Assembly: GCA_030603385.1 (NCBI GenBank)
Contig: JAUVXW010000007.1
Span: 32,001 to 96,000, forward strand
Direction of reading: 5' to 3'
Origin: Promethearchaeota archaeon
GTDB taxonomy: Archaea > Asgardarchaeota > Lokiarchaeia > Sigyniarchaeales > SOKP01
DNA length: 64,000 nt
Position 1 is the stretch's first letter, and each line of letters opens with the position of its first letter. The notes under the pieces were generated by a model. The model made no database searches and was not told the origin of the DNA. It worked only from the letters and a program-made list of their open reading frames with translations. Positions 1 to 9,838 of this stretch are shown here, piece after piece. The translations under genes and the position numbers were made by a program.

Positions 1-3000
1 TCCACTGATTTCAATAAGTTTACCATTCAAAACGGTGCTCAAATTGTATTTAGACCTGTATTTCGCACTCCCTCTGAATTTCAAGGATTTTATTATCAAG
101 ATGGTTATCCAACTATACAGTTAGTAGAGTGGAATTCAAATGATGTTAAGGATGGATTTCTTGAGGTGGAATTGGATAGTAAAATTATTTCAGAAAATCA
201 GAGTGTTTATGTATTCAATGATTTAATGGAAAACATGTATGAAGCTACTGAAGTTAATGTTGAAACAGAAGAACATGAATATGATGGATCTACAGAAAAA
301 TTTAGTTTAGAATTCAATACTATTACAATTCCTGAGGTGTTTCTGGATACAAATGGAAACACTATAAAAATGAGAGATGGAGATATTCTATTTTTAAAAT
401 ATAAGGCGTTTTTGGAGGCTTCGATTGGTATCACTGTTGAGGATATGGTGCTTCAAAGGAAACCATACTTTGAAAATTATGAAACAAATAGATATGATAT
501 TCCTATTGCAGAAATTTCATTACTGGGTGTAAATGTTGATGGAAATAATTATTCAATTGATGATGTTTTTGAAAATAGAGAGAAGTTAGTAGCTTGGGAG
601 ACATCGTTAGATATAACGCCATTTGAATCTGAATTAGAAAATACCTATAAACAACAAGTATTTAATATTAGTTTTGCAGATATTAAGCCTGAGTTCAAGA
701 AATTAGACGAAAAAAATATTGAGAATTGCTATGTCACCGACATCATGATTACATCGAACGACCCGAGATATGAGATCGTTGTAGATTCATTTTTTATTTT
801 TGAATTTGACGAGAATGCTAACATCTATGATTCTGATATTTTTGAAATCTATCCAAATAACCACATGGAAACTTTCTATTTTGGAAATTATTCGGATATT
901 TATAGTAATTCAGTAATCCTTAATACCAGTGAATTCTTACCAATTTATCAAGGGATTGAATCTGTAGACGAGACCTATTATTTTGAGGTATTTGATAATT
1001 TAGATAATTGGTACTATTTTGGCGAGCATCTAATCGGAGAAGAGATATCTTCTGGGGTTTATAATATAACTTGGAATCTTCAATACTGCCAAGAATATTA
1101 TTATGCATATATCAATCAATATGAAGATCTTTCTGAACTCTATGACTATTATAATCCGCATATTGACAAACTTAGGTATCTCTATTTAACTTGGGCTGAT
1201 AAAAACGCTTGGAACGAATGGCAGACCATCGAGCAAGCAAATGTAAATATCAGCACCTTAGATATCACATTCGAATGGTGTGATGAAACGCCAGAAGAAT
1301 ATGAATCGGTTGTATATAACCAAACTTTAGACGAATTTGAAGCACGACATATTGCAGTTGAGCCCATATACCCATATGATTCAAGTCGCAAAACCGATAT
1401 TTTTGAGTTGTCGCAAGACTATAGCAACGCCCAAGACCTGGATATTTACAAGATCACGGGATACTTTTTCAACGAAACTGTGAAAAATTTTGATCCAAGT
1501 ATATCAAATATTCAACTTGATAAAAAATCGATTGAAATTTCCGCCCCTAGTGGCTTTAATTTAGATAATTTTGAGAAAATTATCGTATATCTGAACTTTA
1601 CTGAGGGTGCCTATTCAGATTATACACAATTTAGACTCCTTCAAAATGCTATTGATAACCATCCAGAAGCACCATCATGGACTAAAAATGACTCGATATA
1701 TATTGATTTTGAGTATACCGATATTGATTATTTCCTCCTCCTTGAAGATTATGCGGTTGGTTCTGAAGATTCAATGTTTGAATATTTTGAATATGTTAGA
1801 AATGACAAATTCGTTTCATTCGATTATTCATTCAGTATGCTAGAAGAAATTGATAACTTTGATTCATTTACAGAAGTTAATGATCCTTCTTCTGTTTTAG
1901 AGCTATACGATTTTGATTTAGATGCCAATCATGAACTTGTTATCCAAAAAGATGATGTCTCAAATGATGGAGTGTTTGATTCATTTAAATATGGGGCTTT
2001 AAATCCAGCAGGAGAGATTTCTTTCCATACACTTGTTCAAGAGGCTAGTTCAGTACAAGTCTATAAAGACCAAAGCGTAGATTACAGCGTAAGTGAAGGT
2101 TATCAAATAAACTGGAAGGATATATGGCGCAAATACTATATTTTTGCCCGACGCTATCTTACTACATACACTACAGTTACTAATACAATAAGTTCAGCGG
2201 GTAAATTAATTCAAAAGGATCTTGATGCTGATGGGATCCCCGATAAGGAGATTTTCTTTAGAACAAGCTTTTCAATTACCGAAGTTATAACCGTAACTAA
2301 TGAAACGACTCACTTACATTTCAAACCTACATGTCATAACCCTGGTGGCAAGAGGCATGACGGTTATCTCACTGAGTTGCGAAACTCGACTACAATATAT
2401 ACAGATCAATCTGTATCATTTATGTTTAAGGATTTTGAAGGAGAAGAAGCCGTTTCTATACGTCTTTATGAAGATATATTCCCAAACGAGTTATCCGAGG
2501 CGTATAATTTAGAAAATAACCTCTATTCAATTACTAATGATCAAAATGACGAAGATCCCGATAATGACATAACAATTGATTCACCCGCACTTGAGGAGCT
2601 TCTTTCGCTTTCACATGATACTGATCCAGTTTCGGCTATCTTTGATCAAGTATCTATATATGAAAATGATGAATTCGATACAGAAAACATATTAGCAGTC
2701 AATAAGTCGTTAACAGCTTCAGGTATGTATAATGCAATTACAGGATTAGGTTCACAAGGTAGTGAACATGAGTTCTCGGTTAGCGTTATCGAGGTTAAAC
2801 CAAACGAAGGGGTATATTATGATATCAATACTCGATTCGGGCCTCAAAAAATTGAAGGTTCATATTATTACTACGATGAGAACAATGATGGACGGTACAG
2901 TACTATATTTGTTACAGATTCAAATGATAATATCATTGGTATTGGTTTCGATAATGATAAAAATCTAATTTTCGAGCCTAACAGCAGACAATTCGTAGAA

Positions 3001-6000
3001 AAACATATAATTAAGGGTGGGGCATTTGGTTGGAAGAAATATGACTACCTTACCGGTGAAGAATACTATGTAGTTGAGAATTATATTAAAAATAAGCTTG
3101 TGTTCTTCCAAGATGAAGATCGATATGAGGGATATTTCTTAGAACCGACTCTTAGTGATTCGCTATTTGACATCTGGAAAATGCAATATAATGCAGGATC
3201 CAGCAAGTTAATAAAGGAACAAATGTCAATTACCTCCCATCAATTCCTTTCATCAATAACACCCAGTAAGATAATTGGAGATATCGCTTGGCAAATAAAA
3301 GCCCAAACAATCTCGGCTGTAGTTGGAGGAGTTCTTGCTGGAATTGTTTCAATTTTTACAGCAGGTGCTGGAGCTAAGATTGCATATTATGTTGGCCATT
3401 TCATTACTTATGCAATTTGCAATGCAATCCATTCATATATACAAGAAAGAGACCAAAACTATTACATTCGCTCTCAGACTTTTCACAATGTCAATTATGA
3501 AGGCGAAGTGAAATTATCTGATAAACTAATGAAAGATCGCTATTTTGGCGATATGATGACTGATGCCTTGTTAGATAGTGGCAGTGGAGTATATGCCCCT
3601 GTAAGGGCTGAAACCGATAAACACGCGTATTCTGGTGAAGTTGTCCTTGCCCCTCGCGGCAAATCAAAGACTTCTCTAAGTATAACGCTTGATGTTTCAT
3701 TTAAGCATTTAGCTTTGGATTATTCTCAACAAACTCGTGGTTATTTCACATATTCTGATCTTGACGATCCTCGATTTATTTCGTTCTATCACGAGGGTAA
3801 TGAGGTTTTCATAATTCCGAGAAACGATAAGAGTAAGTATATGAGTAATTCAATTATGTATTTAGAAGATACGGTCCACAACACGACTATAGCGAATGAT
3901 GATACCCATTATGATAGCATTACTCCTTATATGGTTTATGGCGATGGCACGTTTGTTCCAGTACTTCAATTTGCCGATTCGGAAGGAGCTATCCCAGTTC
4001 CCGAATTCTACGACGAGTATCCAATTTTCTTATCCCCAGAACATTACGAGCTTATAAGCGAAGAATATCATTCAATCTATAAGATCTACGATGGTATTTC
4101 CAATACCATCCAGCTTATACCCGATTATAGTACTCATACTTTACATTCTGATATCGTATCATTTGACGCATATCTCTCTGATGGACAAGGTACTGAAATT
4201 CCCATTGGAAATTATAAGAACTCTGATAGTTATGAGTCCTTTACCTTTAACAGCACTTCAGGGAAAGTAGTTCTATCACCCCAACAAGTAAATCATTTAG
4301 ATGATTATTTAGACAACTATGAAGGTGATGCATATATTGTCCTTGAGTTTTTCATTGAGAAATATAGATCAGTTGATGATTTAAGAGATCTTACCGCCGA
4401 AGAAGTGGAGAACATTGCAACCATGCAATCTGCTCACGCTAATATCTTAGAATATATGTATCAGCATACCATAGCCACGAAGACTCAGCAAAAGTTAAGC
4501 GAAGCAGCATACACGGTACTTGTGACCGTTATAAGCACACTACCTTTTGCAATAGCTGGTGCTTTTAGTAAAGGATTGATACAATTACCTAAAATGGTTA
4601 TATTCGAGACGTTTGAAGAATTGTTCATTGATCCATGGATCGAATCGTATGTTTCTGGTTATGCAGAAGAACATGGATGGAGCACATTAGGAAAGTCACT
4701 TGCCGTAAGCTTTGCTGAAAGTAGCAGAGAGACATTTGGAAGCACGATATCCAGAGGACTTAAACAAGTTTTCTCGATAAATCAACAAGCTTCACAGAGT
4801 ATTAATTCAGAATCACAATCGCAAGCTCAATCAGTACAGTCGGCAAGTCAGCTAAAAGCAGATCGTAAATCAGCAACACTTCAATCGGTTTCTCAAATAG
4901 CATTATCGACAATCATACTCTTTGCGGGCTTTATATCACCAATTGCTGTCATATTTGGCACTTATGCCACTCAAGTTGGAATGGGTGTTATGTCGACAGT
5001 TAAAGAAGTTCGATACAAGCATTTGCTTAATAAGATTATTGACTCATATTCAGAAGCCAATGTACAGGATCTTTTAAGCATACTTGCCCCATCAAAAGTA
5101 TCTGATGCACAGACCAACTTAGTTCATAACGAATTAAGCCCTATAATAAGTAAAGAGCATAGTTTAATTACTGATGAGCAGAAGAATAAAGGTAAATCTG
5201 AAAATTTACTACAAAAAACTTTTGCGTGGGTAAAACAACATAAGAAACAAATTGCAATGTATGCCGGAGTTGCCATTACTGGATTTCTTGCCTCTCAAGG
5301 TATTAATGCTCTTTTTTCTGATTCTATGTTTGGAAGTCTTGCTGGTAGTGTTACCAGCATGGGACTCGGTACAATTGGGATGGTTAAACAAGAGTCTACT
5401 TCTGATAAAAATACCAAAAAGGTTAAGATCCAACAGACTCTAGACGGTAAATCCTTACTTCCTTCTAAAGTAGATAGAATAATTTCAAGAGAATTTGGAG
5501 GAAAAAAACATTATACTCAGGAATATATGAAAAATCTTTGGAAATTAGGTAAAACTGATGGGAAGGATGGTAATTACATTTTTGGTATGATTTATCAGTG
5601 GACTCATGAGAAAAGCGGTAAAGTTTATGTATATCCAGGAAGAACGGAAAGGCGTAGAGGTACTCCAGATTATCGACCATATTCATCCATTTCTGTAAGG
5701 TTTGATGAGGAAATTAGGACCGCTATTGAGAGCAAAATAGGAGAATTACAGAGAAGGAAATGTAAAATGTATTACGATATGCGACTAGTATTTGATAGTG
5801 CTGGTAAAGGTCAAAAAGGTATTAATGCAATTATAAAGAATTTTAAGCTCGAAATTGTGGAATTGCAAGTAATGTCAGAAACTTATGAGAAAGATAAAAT
5901 AATAATTGAACAGCTTGAAGATTATTGGTCGGATGTGGCAATTTCGAAGGGCTATGAATTATACACTAAAGCAGGTGGTAGAATTGGAGCCCATGTTTCA

Positions 6001-6702
6001 GAGCTAAAGGGAGCACACGGTAGAAAAGCTGCTCACAAAAAAGTTAGGGATATGATACGACACGGATTTTCTAAAAAAGATATTGCTCAATATTTCGAGA
6101 TGCCTTGGAGTCCCATAACTCACGGTTCAATGGCTCTTAATTATTTACTTCGTGAGGCTTTAGACGGTAAATCTTACACTAAGGTAAGAAACGAAGAGAT
6201 TAGTTCAGAAATTCTAGACCTTATAGATAATGGAGTCCTCACAATTCCAGATCTTGCTTCATATTTTAAGGGTATGACTCCCAAAGATATTTTTAATTTT
6301 TTACGAACCAGACATTTTCCACAAGGAAACTTATATCTTAATGGATTGATTAGTTCTGCAATCTTTAAGCTAAAGCAAGATAAAGTTTTCGACAAATATG
6401 ATCCTGTATTCACATATCACGATATATTAAATGAATTAGGTATAAGAACTGGAGATCTTTTGCTTACTGAATATATGAAAAGAGAAATGAAGACTATAAC
6501 TAAAATCACAGAAGATGATCTAATCTCTTGGTTAAAACCTTATGCTAGAATGCTAATTAAGAATTCCAATAGTGCTTCTGAATTGTTAGACTTACTAAAT
6601 TGGGACGAAGGTTTGACAGAAGATTATAGGGTCCATAAGTTGTTTGGGATGGATTTTAAACAAGCTAAGATGACTTTTACTAGTGGGGTTCTGAATAAAT
6701 AA
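1..6702 (+). CDS. Giant multidomain protein (5'-truncated): acidic Ca-binding-like region, hydrophobic helices, C-terminal GIY-YIG-like nuclease/HTH; candidate polymorphic toxin
   Basis: Frame is open from base 1, so GTG 166 is not the true start. DxDxDG-like motifs (DLDADGIPD, DENNDGRY), Gly/Ala-rich hydrophobic segments, and a basic C-terminus with GMIYQW...GKVYVYPGRT and LEDYW...GY...AGG. Confidence 0.6.
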   Translation, partial: STDFNKFTIQNGAQIVFRPVFRTPSEFQGFYYQDGYPTIQLVEWNSNDVKDGFLEVELDSKIISENQSVYVFNDLMENMYEATEVNVETEEHEYDGSTEKFSLEFNTITIPEVFLDTNGNTIKMRDGDILFLKYKAFLEASIGITVEDMVLQRKPYFENYETNRYDIPIAEISLLGVNVDGNNYSIDDVFENREKLVAWETSLDITPFESELENTYKQQVFNISFADIKPEFKKLDEKNIENCYVTDIMITSNDPRYEIVVDSFFIFEFDENANIYDSDIFEIYPNNHMETFYFGNYSDIYSNSVILNTSEFLPIYQGIESVDETYYFEVFDNLDNWYYFGEHLIGEEISSGVYNITWNLQYCQEYYYAYINQYEDLSELYDYYNPHIDKLRYLYLTWADKNAWNEWQTIEQANVNISTLDITFEWCDETPEEYESVVYNQTLDEFEARHIAVEPIYPYDSSRKTDIFELSQDYSNAQDLDIYKITGYFFNETVKNFDPSISNIQLDKKSIEISAPSGFNLDNFEKIIVYLNFTEGAYSDYTQFRLLQNAIDNHPEAPSWTKNDSIYIDFEYTDIDYFLLLEDYAVGSEDSMFEYFEYVRNDKFVSFDYSFSMLEEIDNFDSFTEVNDPSSVLELYDFDLDANHELVIQKDDVSNDGVFDSFKYGALNPAGEISFHTLVQEASSVQVYKDQSVDYSVSEGYQINWKDIWRKYYIFARRYLTTYTTVTNTISSAGKLIQKDLDADGIPDKEIFFRTSFSITEVITVTNETTHLHFKPTCHNPGGKRHDGYLTELRNSTTIYTDQSVSFMFKDFEGEEAVSIRLYEDIFPNELSEAYNLENNLYSITNDQNDEDPDNDITIDSPALEELLSLSHDTDPVSAIFDQVSIYENDEFDTENILAVNKSLTASGMYNAITGLGSQGSEHEFSVSVIEVKPNEGVYYDINTRFGPQKIEGSYYYYDENNDGRYSTIFVTDSNDNIIGIGFDNDKNLIFEPNSRQFVEKHIIKGGAFGWKKYDYLTGEEYYVVENYIKNKLVFFQDEDRYEGYFLEPTLSDSLFDIWKMQYNAGSSKLIKEQMSITSHQFLSSITPSKIIGDIAWQIKAQTISAVVGGVLAGIVSIFTAGAGAKIAYYVGHFITYAICNAIHSYIQERDQNYYIRSQTFHNVNYEGEVKLSDKLMKDRYFGDMMTDALLDSGSGVYAPVRAETDKHAYSGEVVLAPRGKSKTSLSITLDVSFKHLALDYSQQTRGYFTYSDLDDPRFISFYHEGNEVFIIPRNDKSKYMSNSIMYLEDTVHNTTIANDDTHYDSITPYMVYGDGTFVPVLQFADSEGAIPVPEFYDEYPIFLSPEHYELISEEYHSIYKIYDGISNTIQLIPDYSTHTLHSDIVSFDAYLSDGQGTEIPIGNYKNSDSYESFTFNSTSGKVVLSPQQVNHLDDYLDNYEGDAYIVLEFFIEKYRSVDDLRDLTAEEVENIATMQSAHANILEYMYQHTIATKTQQKLSEAAYTVLVTVISTLPFAIAGAFSKGLIQLPKMVIFETFEELFIDPWIESYVSGYAEEHGWSTLGKSLAVSFAESSRETFGSTISRGLKQVFSINQQASQSINSESQSQAQSVQSASQLKADRKSATLQSVSQIALSTIILFAGFISPIAVIFGTYATQVGMGVMSTVKEVRYKHLLNKIIDSYSEANVQDLLSILAPSKVSDAQTNLVHNELSPIISKEHSLITDEQKNKGKSENLLQKTFAWVKQHKKQIAMYAGVAITGFLASQGINALFSDSMFGSLAGSVTSMGLGTIGMVKQESTSDKNTKKVKIQQTLDGKSLLPSKVDRIISREFGGKKHYTQEYMKNLWKLGKTDGKDGNYIFGMIYQWTHEKSGKVYVYPGRTERRRGTPDYRPYSSISVRFDEEIRTAIESKIGELQRRKCKMYYDMRLVFDSAGKGQKGINAIIKNFKLEIVELQVMSETYEKDKIIIEQLEDYWSDVAISKGYELYTKAGGRIGAHVSELKGAHGRKAAHKKVRDMIRHGFSKKDIAQYFEMPWSPITHGSMALNYLLREALDGKSYTKVRNEEISSEILDLIDNGVLTIPDLASYFKGMTPKDIFNFLRTRHFPQGNLYLNGLISSAIFKLKQDKVFDKYDPVFTYHDILNELGIRTGDLLLTEYMKREMKTITKITEDDLISWLKPYARMLIKNSNSASELLDLLNWDEGLTEDYRVHKLFGMDFKQAKMTFTSGVLNK

Positions 6703-6807
6703 TCAATAAATCCCCTCTTATATTATGTTATATAAAACTTGCTTACTGTCAAGAGATTTAAATAATAATGATGATACAATCTTAATAGGAATACGGTAAT
6801 AAATATT

Positions 6808-7668
6808 ATGGCAAGGAGCGATGTAGGTATACTAGAAGATGACGAAGAGGCTGATGTAGCAGGATTTATGTTAGAAGCTTGTGGAATAGACTCTCCCGAT
6901 TTTTATCATAATAAAAGAATTTTAACTAGGGAGAATTTTGAAAAAAATTATAAATTCTTCGTCAAAATGGCAGAAAACCGTGGCTCGAGAAGAGCCTCAT
7001 ACTTTGTAATTGGTTATTTTGCCCTAATAACTGGGGGAAAAATAACTGAAGAACTTCGAAAAAAAATATTAGAGATAGCGAAATGGGAACACGAGGAGGG
7101 ATATTGGCAAGATAAGGAGTTTGCTCTCATGAGAAAGATTTACCTCGAAGACTTTCGAGAGAAAATTCGTATTCATAAAGCCGGAACAAAGCTACATCCC
7201 GCAATCTTTAAGTATAGCGGGAAGGACATGTCTGAATCAAGAGTCCTTATTGGTGTTAATAATATACTGAGTCTTTATGAAATTAATGACATAAAACATG
7301 TGAATTTAGATGGGTGGAATTTAACTTCTATTCCACATGAAATTTTTGAGCTTCAAAATCTTAAGTCATTAAGTTTAGAGTTTAATCAAATATCAGACAT
7401 TGATGATGAGATAACAAACTTAACAAAATTAAAGCATCTTTTTTTAGATTATAATCAACTTAAGTCAATTCCTGAGTCATTTGGAAAATTAGCATCACTT
7501 AAAAGCTTAAGTATCATACATAATAATGTAAATAGGTTACCAATATCATTGAAGAATCTAAAACACTTAAAGCATATTTATGTAAGAGGAACAGGAATAA
7601 ACCAAGCACCAAAGTTCCTTAAAGGCTCTAAGCTTGAACCTCTTAACGAGACAATTTACCTTAAATAA
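6808..7668 (+). CDS. DUF4259-like N-terminal domain plus leucine-rich repeats; candidate immunity protein
   Basis: Clear LxxLxLxxNxL repeats (LKSLSLEFNQI, LKHLFLDYNQL, LKSLSIIHNNV). The N-terminus MARSDVGILEDDEEADV resembles the DUF4259 start. Confidence 0.7.
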   Translation: MARSDVGILEDDEEADVAGFMLEACGIDSPDFYHNKRILTRENFEKNYKFFVKMAENRGSRRASYFVIGYFALITGGKITEELRKKILEIAKWEHEEGYWQDKEFALMRKIYLEDFREKIRIHKAGTKLHPAIFKYSGKDMSESRVLIGVNNILSLYEINDIKHVNLDGWNLTSIPHEIFELQNLKSLSLEFNQISDIDDEITNLTKLKHLFLDYNQLKSIPESFGKLASLKSLSIIHNNVNRLPISLKNLKHLKHIYVRGTGINQAPKFLKGSKLEPLNETIYLK

Positions 7669-8034
7669 AAGGTGTAAATTAATTTTTTATTCTAAATTTT
7701 ACTTAAACCTTATCTTTCTTTAGACTTATTTTATTATTGAATTAGCTTTTGAGATGTTTACCAGAAATGAGTTATTAGAGAGAAGTTCTATTTTTTTTCA
7801 TTTGATCTTTTCCTTACCCATGAGGATTTAGGCTCAGAAGTAGGTAAGATAAAATTCCGTTTTTGAGGATTGCAATATTTTTTCCTACCAAGCAAATTGT
7901 TCTCGTTCTTTTTAACAAAGTTTCTTGACCGTAAGTAGGTTTGACGTAAATCGAAATCTTAATAAATAGAAAAGGATTTTATAATTTGGGAAAATTAGGA
8001 TAAGTTTCCATACATTTCTGTCAAACAATATAAA

Positions 8035-8877
8035 ATGAAAAAAATGAAAAATCTAAAAAAAATCACATATATTATTGTTTCATTAATTCTTCTCCAATTT
8101 TTATTTATCTTCTCAGCTCCAACAGTAAGAGCAGACACAAGTGTTCCTGACAATTTCAATCAAAACTTAGATCTAAATAGAATATATATCTATAATGTAA
8201 CTGCATTTAATACTACAAAACCTCTGGAATGGGTAGATGTGGATTGGATGGCACCCACAAAAGGATTTGTGAATGTAACACCTGGAGGACAGATGAAGAT
8301 AAATCTTACTGGTTTTTACGAAAAAGATCCCAACGATTTCTTTAACGTCTTTGAAAGTCCAATGCCCTATATGAATATCGAGTTTTTAGAAAATAGGTCA
8401 GGTATATTATTTACAAATACTACACTATATAATGTTTCAAATGGAGAAGCAGCTCAAAATTTACTTCTTGGTTATAATAGTTTTAAATCAGGATTTCTAA
8501 TTCCAATTTCTGATTTCAACAATTTGACGCAACAAGCGTACGCACAGGATGAGCCACCTTTCATGAATGCAACAGTTTCTGTCATAGAAACGTCAAAGAC
8601 GATTTCTTTTGATTTTAAACAAAAAACTTTCTTACAACAAAAAACCAATTGTATCTACGATAAGGCTTCTGGATTGCTTATTTATACGAATACTAGTTTT
8701 GGGAATTATACTCTTGAGATGACTTTAATTAATCTTCCAAGTTTTCCTTCTGATTCGTTCTCAATACCATCATTCCATTTATTAATAGTAATAACGATCC
8801 TAGGTACAACAATATTAATCAATATCTGCCTAAAAAAAATAAAACTTACTAAGAAGTATTCTAAATTTAGAAATTAA
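8035..8877 (+). CDS. Secreted/surface protein with C-terminal membrane anchor
   Basis: Signal peptide, many NxS/T sequons, C-terminal hydrophobic helix plus basic tail. Confidence 0.7.
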   Translation: MKKMKNLKKITYIIVSLILLQFLFIFSAPTVRADTSVPDNFNQNLDLNRIYIYNVTAFNTTKPLEWVDVDWMAPTKGFVNVTPGGQMKINLTGFYEKDPNDFFNVFESPMPYMNIEFLENRSGILFTNTTLYNVSNGEAAQNLLLGYNSFKSGFLIPISDFNNLTQQAYAQDEPPFMNATVSVIETSKTISFDFKQKTFLQQKTNCIYDKASGLLIYTNTSFGNYTLEMTLINLPSFPSDSFSIPSFHLLIVITILGTTILINICLKKIKLTKKYSKFRN

Positions 8878-8913
8878 AATTTATTTTTTTATTTATTATA
8901 TCTAAAAAATACA

Positions 8914-9339
8914 ATGAAAAAAAAAAACAGATTTATACTTATAAGCTTTATAGCAATTTTTTCTTTCAGTTTTTTATTAATTTATAGTTTTATTATAGTT
9001 CCTCAATTGCAATCATCTATTAATCAAATTATTGGGAATGAAAGAGAAAAGCAATATGAAGTAACAAATGTGACTGTAATAATCGATTATTCTGGTGTTA
9101 AAGATAATGAATTATTTGAAAATATTAACCTAACTAACTACAAAACAACAGCATATTATGCATTAGCAAATTGTTGTGCTGTATCTGTGCAAGATTTTGG
9201 ATGGGGGCTTTATGTAAATGAAATAAATGGTGTAGGTCCGGGTTGGATATATTCTATTAATGATGACCCACTACCAAATATACCTTCTAATTATTTCTAT
9301 TTAATGGATAATGATACAGTTAAATGGAAACATGTATAA
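8914..9339 (+). CDS. DUF4430 (transcobalamin C-terminal-like) membrane-anchored protein
   Basis: N-terminal TM helix; GLYVNEINGV..GWIYSIN...YL.DNDTVKW pattern. Confidence 0.7.
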   Translation: MKKKNRFILISFIAIFSFSFLLIYSFIIVPQLQSSINQIIGNEREKQYEVTNVTVIIDYSGVKDNELFENINLTNYKTTAYYALANCCAVSVQDFGWGLYVNEINGVGPGWIYSINDDPLPNIPSNYFYLMDNDTVKWKHV

Positions 9340-9363
9340 AAATACAAAGAATATTAGAAGAAA

Positions 9364-9798
9364 TTAATAATTTATATCATTGGTTTGGATTTTCTTTAAT
9401 AGAGGTTCTATATCCCTGAAAGATTTTCTAATTTTATGAAAATAATATCCTAATTTATATCCTTTTTTACATCTTGTAAATAACATAAAATCATTATCAG
9501 CATCACCTACTAATATAATTGTATACCCCTTAGCACCTCTGATAACTGCATCTCTAAGCTCACCTTGTTGTAAACTTTGGCTAATCTTTTCCCCAAGAGA
9601 AATCAATGTAGCTGGACTTGCACTATAGATATCCCCAACAACATCAGTAGTTTCTGAACTAGCAATACGTAATCCATTTTTTGAAACAATAGCAGTTCCT
9701 TCTAAATCAGTAGAACTTTCTAATTGTTCTAAGGCTTTCATTAACTCATCTAAAATTTGTTGGCTGATTTCAAATTCAGATTCTTTAACTTTTTCCAA
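9364..9798 (-). CDS. Roadblock/LC7 (MglB-like) protein
   Basis: LEGTAIVSKNGLRIAS...GELRDAVIRGAKGYTII roadblock pattern. Confidence 0.85.
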   Translation of the reverse strand: MEKVKESEFEISQQILDELMKALEQLESSTDLEGTAIVSKNGLRIASSETTDVVGDIYSASPATLISLGEKISQSLQQGELRDAVIRGAKGYTIILVGDADNDFMLFTRCKKGYKLGYYFHKIRKSFRDIEPLLKKIQTNDINY

Positions 9799-9838
9799 TT
9801 TTAACTCCTCTAATATAATTATAATGATTTTTAAGAAT

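Noticed and set aside
207-6413. Short alternative-frame and antisense ORFs inside long genes (here and throughout the window)
   Set aside because: Shadow ORFs of well-supported CDSs.
7669-8034. Possible ORF or mobile-element end after the LRR gene
   Set aside because: Only short startless frames; no convincing terminal repeats.
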